A DNA stretch of 64,000 nt from Lama guanicoe (lineage: Eukaryota): the NCBI GenBank assembly GCA_013239625.1, contig MU056050.1, positions 6,587,838 to 6,651,837 on the forward strand, read 5' to 3'. Shown here in pieces: positions 56,444 through 64,000 of the stretch. The position numbers were made by a program, and so were the translations under genes. The notes beneath the pieces are model-generated. The model searched no databases, was not told the DNA's origin, and saw nothing but the letters and a program-made list of their open reading frames with translations. Position 1 is the stretch's first letter. Each line of letters begins with the position of its first letter.

Positions 56444-57487
56444 TAAAACATGAAACACAAATATTTAAAAAGCACTGTTTTAGCCATGGTTCCCCACAAA
56501 AGAACCCCACTTAAGATAAGACTTTGAATGCAGATGGTTTATTTTGTAAAGTGATATCAAAGAATAGGAGTAGGAGACTTGGATGAGTGGAAAAGGTAAG
56601 AAGGGAAAACGAACCCAAGGGTATGAGGTTACCAATCTGCTCACAACCATGACCAACTGAGATTTGATCTCACTAGGGGTCCTGTGAGGAAACATGCCAA
56701 ACATGATAGAACTGTCCACTGAAGGAACAGAAGAGGGAAGAATTTATCCAGACCCACTCCCAAGGGAGAGGGTTGTCCAGTGGGAGGTTAACACCCTTGC
56801 ACTTCCAAATTACATATGCATCATAACAGTTGAATGAATTCTAGGAAGCATCCCACAAGAGGCCCCAGAATAACCTCAGAACAGAAAGCAAAAGATAAGC
56901 ACTCTAGCTGAGGTGAAAACTAGCATCAGTTTATACCTGTACGCAGCTGGATGTCTCAGCAACAACTGTAATAATAAAGTGGGCAGAGATATATGAGGAG
57001 AGGTACAGTGTATGTCGAACAGAAGGAAAACAAAGGTTAAAGATATCTTCATAGTGTTAGTTGAGAGAATTCATCAGAAGCAGACCTGTAATGTGAGAAA
57101 TGTTAAAGCAAGTTCTTCAAGTGGAAAAGAAATAATACCAGATGGAAATTTAGATATTCAGGAAGAAAATAAGACTATTTAAAATGAAAATATGTAAATA
57201 TTTTAAATCTATTTTTTAATTCTTTAAAAGACAATTAATTGTTTAAAGCAAAAATAATAACATGAATTATGGGATTTTAATATAGGAAGAAGTCAAATAC
57301 ATGACAACAATTGCACAAAGGACAAGAAGAAGTGAAAACAGAATTATGTAGTTGTAACTTTGTTATATAATATGTGAAATTGTGTAAATTTAATTCAGGT
57401 AATCTGTGATAAATTAAGGATACCTACTGCAATCCTTATAGGACGACTAAAAATTATATAGAGTTAGAGTTAAAACTAAATATTTAC

Positions 57488-57541
57488 ATTATATTATATA
57501 TTATATTATATTATATTATATTATATTATATTATATTATAA
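57488..57541. repeat. (ATTAT)n pentanucleotide microsatellite
   Basis: Read directly. Confidence 0.97.
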
Positions 57542-60500
57542 GTTACAGCTAAAGACAGTTACAATGAAATACTAAAATATAATTAATTAATCCAAAAGAA
57601 GATAAGAAAGGAAAAAAAGAAACAAAAAGAGAGGGGACAAATAGAAAACATAGAACAAGATGCTAGTCTACAAGTCAACCATAACAATAATTTTATTAAT
57701 TATAAATACCAATTAAAAAGCAAAGATTGTCAGACTATCTAAAAAAAGTAAGACCCAGCTACATGATGCTTACAATAAATATACCTTAAAGACAGACAGG
57801 TTGAAAGTAAAATGATGGAAAAGAATACCCCATGCAAACACTAAGCATAACAAAGATTGTACAGCTCCATTAATACAAGGCACATGCACAGTGCTCTTCA
57901 AGACAAGGAGTATAACCAGATATCAGAGGAAATGAGTGTCATTTCATAATGATAAAAGAACCAATTCATCAAGAAGATATAACAATCTAAAATATAAATG
58001 AATTTAATGACAAAACTTTAAAATACATGAGTAAAAAATGACAGAATTATAAAGATAGACAAATCCACAATCACAGGCAGAGAATTTAATATCACTCCCT
58101 CAGTATTGATACAAGTACACAAAAAATCAGTAAAGTTATGGAGGATTTGAACATTATCAACCAACTTGACCTAAGTGATTTATATTTGTAGAATGCTATA
58201 TCCAGCACCTGCAGAATGCACACTGTTTCCTAGAACACATGGAACATTAACCAAGATAGACTATATATTGGGCCATAAAATATGTCAATAAATTTTAAAG
58301 ACTTAAAATTTTACAGAGTATATTCTCTAACAACAAAGTAATTAAATTAGAAATGAATAATAATAAGTTATCTAGAAAATCTCCCAAATGATTGTTTCTG
58401 CTTCTAGACAAGAAGGATCAACAGTTACTGGATTTATCCTCCCATCTGAAAAAACCAAAGAAACTAGACAATATATACAAAATGGTTGTCAAGACACTGG
58501 ACATCAGATAACGAAGTACAATGATTCGTGAGAGGTTGGAAACAAACAAATACAATTACTCCATTTTATTGCCTAGAGAGAGTTTCTAGGCTATGGCACA
58601 AGAAGGAGGAACCAAGCTTGATGCCAGCAGATTCCCAAAGTTGAAATGGAGCTGAGAGTCCAAAGATAATATAGTGGCTAACGTTCTCAGAATAGAGGAC
58701 CAGAGAGAAGAAAGCTGCACAGAAAGAGAACTTCAGAAATCTTCAGAAGGTCCTCCTCAAGAGTCCATCTGAGTACTGACAAGCACACATGTATGAGGAA
58801 ACTACCCAAGGCTGGGGAAGGAACCATCTAAAATGATTAGAGGTAACAGTGGCTGCCACTCTCACAAGACTAGGAAAGTTGCTTGTTCTCATCAGATAGA
58901 TTGAAAAGCTCAAGATTCATGGGCCATTGGGGAATAATTAGCACTAAACTAAGCATTACTCTAGTCCAAAATAACAAATCCTAAATGCAAGACCCAAAAG
59001 GATCAACCTGTCTCCAAGTAATTTAACCACATTCCAAAACATAATTTAAGAGTGTTTATAAGAATACAAAAATATATAGCACTCAGCAAGATAAAATTCA
59101 TAATGTCTGGTATCCAATCAAAAATGACTAGCGTGTTCTAAGATTAGATTGTGGTGATGATTGCACAACCCTATAAATATACTAAATTTTTTAATTATAC
59201 AGTTTAAATGAGTGGAATGTATGGTACATGAATTACATCTCCAAAAATTGTCCAAAAAATGACTAGACATGGTGCAGCTTCCAGAATGGCCCAGTGAGGA
59301 CCTTGCCAAATCCTCTCACCCCAAAAGAATGATGAAACTGGACAAAATTGTCAAAATCTACCATTTCAGAACCCTGGAAATTAATCAGAACTTAATCAGA
59401 ACATACAACACACTGAAAAGTATTCGTATAAGAAAAAGTACTCAACTGCAGCAAGAACAGCAGGATCTGTGGTATTTTAACTTGGGGCTGCTCCCATGCC
59501 CCTACTTCCAAAGTGCAGTAGCCTTGAGGACTAGAGACCTAGCAGTCTCATGGTAGCTGAAGTGGCTGATCCAATATGAAGGTCTGCAGAAAAGCCTCAT
59601 GCCCAATAGTGACCTTAGGGGCAAATAATCAGGGAAGGCCAGCATCACAGCTGCCTAGGATTATGATACTGGCTAGAGCAAGCAACAGACCAGTCAGAAA
59701 CTTAAAAGGAGAGGTGGATAATGAGACAACCATAAGGTGCTTTGATATGCTCCCATTTATTCTAGGGAATCTGGAAGGTTAGATGTACACACAGGGCTGT
59801 AACACATGCTCAGGGGAGACCAGAGATAGCCCCAGTTATCTACTCATTTATGGCTGACTTTGAGGCCCTGTACAAGCAGAAAGTGAAAATCAGAGACTTG
59901 TAAACTATCTGAAGTTAGAATGAGTGTACCAATACATGAACAGATTCCCTAGGAAAAAGGATGGAAAGCTTACTGGCTCAAAGTGTTTAAGTAAACTCTT
60001 GGACCAATAATTGGCTGACCAGTAAGCTGTGATGACCCAAGGGTTAACCCTAGGCTTAAAAATGAGATTGAGGAAAAAAGAAAAAAAATTTAAAGAAAGA
60101 AAAAAAAAAAGAACAAGAATTAAATAAAAAAAAACTGAGCAGAGATTCCAGTTTCACACACTACAGGGGAAATAGACACTACGTAATTAGTTCAAGTACA
60201 TCACTAAATAAAAACAAAAAATTAAAATTAAAAAACAAGGTGCAGGCCAAACATGGAAAAAAAGTAGCTTATATAAATTGTCTTTGGGAGGATCTAGGTG
60301 ATAGATTTAGTACATAAAAACTTCAAATAAGCTATTATAAATATGTTCAAAGAACTAAAAGAAACCACATTTGAAGAATTAAAAGAATGTATGATCACAA
60401 TGACTCATCACATAGAGAATATTAATAAAGAAATATAAATTATAAAAACGAAATGAATGACAAGTCTGGAATTAAAAGGTACAACAATTGAAATGAAAAA

Positions 60501-61141
60501 TTCATTCAAAAGCAGATTTGAGCTGATAATAGAAGGAATCAGCAAACTCAAAGGTAGAGCAATAGAGATTATCCAGTCTAAGGAATAGAATGTAAAAAGA
60601 ACAAAGAAAACTGAAAAAAACCACAAACCCCTGTGAGGTACCATCAAATACAACACATATGCATAATGGGAATTTGAAAAGAGGAGTGGAGAAAAAAAGG
60701 GATATAACAAGTATTTGAAGAAATAATGGGTGAAAACTTCTCAAATTTGATTTTAAAAAACATTAACCTACACATCCAAGAAGCTCAGTGAATTCCAAAT
60801 AGCACAAACTCAGATATTCACAGCTAGAGATCATAGTCAAACTGTTGAAAGCTGAAGCCAAAGAGAGAAACTTGAAAACAGCGAGAGGAAAATTATATGT
60901 TATATACAAAGGAACCACACTAAGATTAATAGCTGACTTCTCATCAGAAACAGTGGAGGCAAGAAGGCAGTGTTATGACATAGTCAAAGTGCTGGAGGAA
61001 AGAAACTCAACCAAGAATTCTAAGAATCAGTTCACCATGGCAACAGTTTATGACAACACTTTCTTCTTCCCAGCTTGTGGGTGTCCCTTCAGATCTTCTG
61101 CTCTAAGCTGTCCTGAGAGAAAGGGTGTGGAAGGTCTCTGA

Positions 61142-61795
<654 letters not shown>

Positions 61796-63894
61796 TTCCA
61801 GAACTGAGTGTATTTCTATTTCTTCCCTTTATTCAATTGTAATATTCAAATCTTGAAGTTATCATTCTACACATTTTCCAGGGGATGAGATAGATAAGAA
61901 AGAGCCATTAAACCTCTTTAGCTCGTTTTCCAGAATTGTGTTCCTTTGTCTGCCTGAAACTAATTTTCCTAGTAATTTAGTTTCAAAAATTAGACAGTAA
62001 TTTTAGTGACCCTAAAATATGTAGTAGCAGTGTTTGTGATTCTTAAAATATCCTAGGAAACCTGAGGGTGGCAATCATTATACTTGCTTTTAATAATAAT
62101 ATAGCCATAATCTGATATTAATATTGCTATTATATTTGGTTACTAGTTGGCTGTTAGCTGAAAAATTTCCTGCTATTTTAGGCTATATTATGCTCATTTT
62201 TTTAAAAGCCAAGGGTAAACAAAGCTGCAAATCAAATGCATTTTAAAATTTGACTTAAAACTTCATGGTATTGTGGAAATAGCCTCCAATCAAGAATTAG
62301 CTTGGTTATAGTCCCTACTCAGTCATAAATTTATGAGATCTTGGGGAAGTCCCTCCACCTCATCTTTATTTTCCACATTGGTAAAATGAATGAGGCAAAC
62401 TATGCAACTTCTAAGGCTTCTTACCATTCTAGAAAGCCAATATTTATTCATCTATTGCATGGACCTGACCCTTAGCACATGGTGATTTAAGTCATTTTGT
62501 GATGTTTATTATTCATAGTGATGGCTAGTTTTTTTTAGCAAACTTTGCAAGTGTTCACTATACTCAAGTCTAGAAGTGGAGATTGAATAAGGGTAGGAGA
62601 AGGGTTCTTTTAAGGCATTTAGAAAATGTATTGAATTCTCTTACTCACTTTTAGACTGTTTTTGTAATTGTCACATCGGTCTGCAACATACATATAATTT
62701 ATTTTCCCAACTTAATAAGTAAAATTATTAGGCTTTGAATTTCCAGAAATCACCCAATGGTAAGTGTAGTTTCTAGCTAATGGTGTTCTCACCTTATATC
62801 TAGCACTAAAATCTAAATTCTTTTTATTCAGTATCACCAGCAATGAATACCAAATACATTTCACTTTCTTTAAGAAAGAATGCATAAATTTAATATAGCT
62901 AAATAATTCTTTTATATGACTTTAAAATGTAATACAGTGAAATATATAGTAACTTCCTATTATTCTACAATGGAGATGTTTAGAAATATTTCCTCCTGTT
63001 CTTAATTAAGTTAACTACAGAGATCAGATACCATGACCCATATTATTAAACAAAATTATATTTTATACATCTTTCTTAGCATTAGCAGCAAATTGATCAT
63101 TTGAATATTATAGTAATAAGTATAACCATCACAGATCATTGCTGAGGAATAAACAAGTTTGTTTCTATCATACAGAGGTAAGCCATTGTAGGGATTAGAT
63201 TGGGGAACATTTAAAATTAACTCAATCATTGTGGTGGTATATTAGTTGAACATCTTATCACAGGGACTTGATCACATTTAAGTGTTAGTTCTGCAGAAAA
63301 TACTTTGGAATCCTTTCCAATGCCACAAAGTGTCTGTCTTAAACAGAGTGGTGGAATGTTGGTAGGATAATATAAGGAACTGAAATGGGAGACTTTCTGT
63401 GTTCTGATATCTGTGTTCTGATATCAGTTTTGCCACATCTAAGCTTCTGAATTTGAGTAGATCACTTTTCATTGTCTCACTTTTATCATTTACAGAGTTT
63501 GGAATATTTACCCTAACTACCGTCTTACAATTGCTGTGCAGCTCAAGTGTATTTACTAAATATTTATTTATTTACTTCTTTATATATTATTCCCTCTTAA
63601 AAATGTGTGAGTCAGCTTTTACTAAATTTAGAGGTATAAAAATAACACCCACAAGATAAAAGATGAAAATTAAAATTTAAAAGTTTTGCAAGAATTCAAG
63701 ACTAAGAAAAACTCTAGCTTTAAACTTTTTACCAGCCAGTACAAAGAAGGAATGAATTACACAGCTCTCATTTTTTTTTTGGTAGAAAGAATATACAAGC
63801 AGAAAAAAAGTTTTACCTAGTTCTAAGCTCTGAAGATAATTTGTCATGTGAAGTTTTTTAAGAAAATGCAGTTATGTATTGCAATATTCAGAGC

Positions 63895-64000
63895 AAAGTG
63901 GGGAGGGGCAAGATAGGGATAGAGGATTAAGAGATACTAACTACTATGTCTAAAATAGATAAGCAACAAAGATATATTGTGCAGCATTGGGAATTATAGC
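63895..64000 (+). mobile_element. L1 3'UTR fragment running off the window
   Basis: GATTAAGAGATACTAACTACTATGTCTAAAATAGATAAGCAACAAAGATATATTGT resembles an L1 3'UTR. Confidence 0.65.

Larger units (their letters stand above)
54750..61021 (+). mobile_element. Patchwork of older L1 fragments with nested SINE, MaLR-like LTR (~56480-57020) and microsatellite
   Basis: A-rich L1 ORF1/ORF2 remnants, e.g. YKGTTLRLIADFSSETVEARRQ at ~60900-60970; boundaries approximate. Confidence 0.7.

Noticed and set aside
63688..63696. CAAGAATTC as the downstream TSD of the CCDC169 retrocopy (also at 61012-61020)
   Set aside because: No poly(A) precedes it and L1 ORF1 does not resume after it. The true 3' junction is probably beyond the window.

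Overview
Eukaryotic, mammalian genomic DNA. It is most likely a camelid, judged from tRNA-derived Vic-1-like SINEs and young L1 3' ends (inference). Bases 1-27,250 hold most of ZDHHC9 (DHHC palmitoyltransferase, X-linked in other mammals) on the minus strand. This includes a CpG-island promoter, two probable 5'UTR exons and eight coding exons that splice in frame to 978 nt (326 codons); the last coding exon lies beyond position 1. One intron is a U12-type AT-AC intron. Bases ~27,300-64,000 are repeat-rich and intergenic. Main points of interest: (1) a class II (betaretrovirus-like) ERV inside a full-length L1, bounded by INVERTED U3 ends yet with a clean 6-bp target-site duplication (TSD) and a tRNA-Trp-like primer-binding site; (2) an intronless CCDC169 retrocopy with 204 of 214 codons open; (3) a circularly permuted SINE; (4) an L1-retroposed, polyadenylated LTR-like fragment; (5) a spliced 38-codon uORF in the ZDHHC9 leader. 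I found no evidence for a new multi-gene system. Repeat subfamily names come from recognition, not from a database search.
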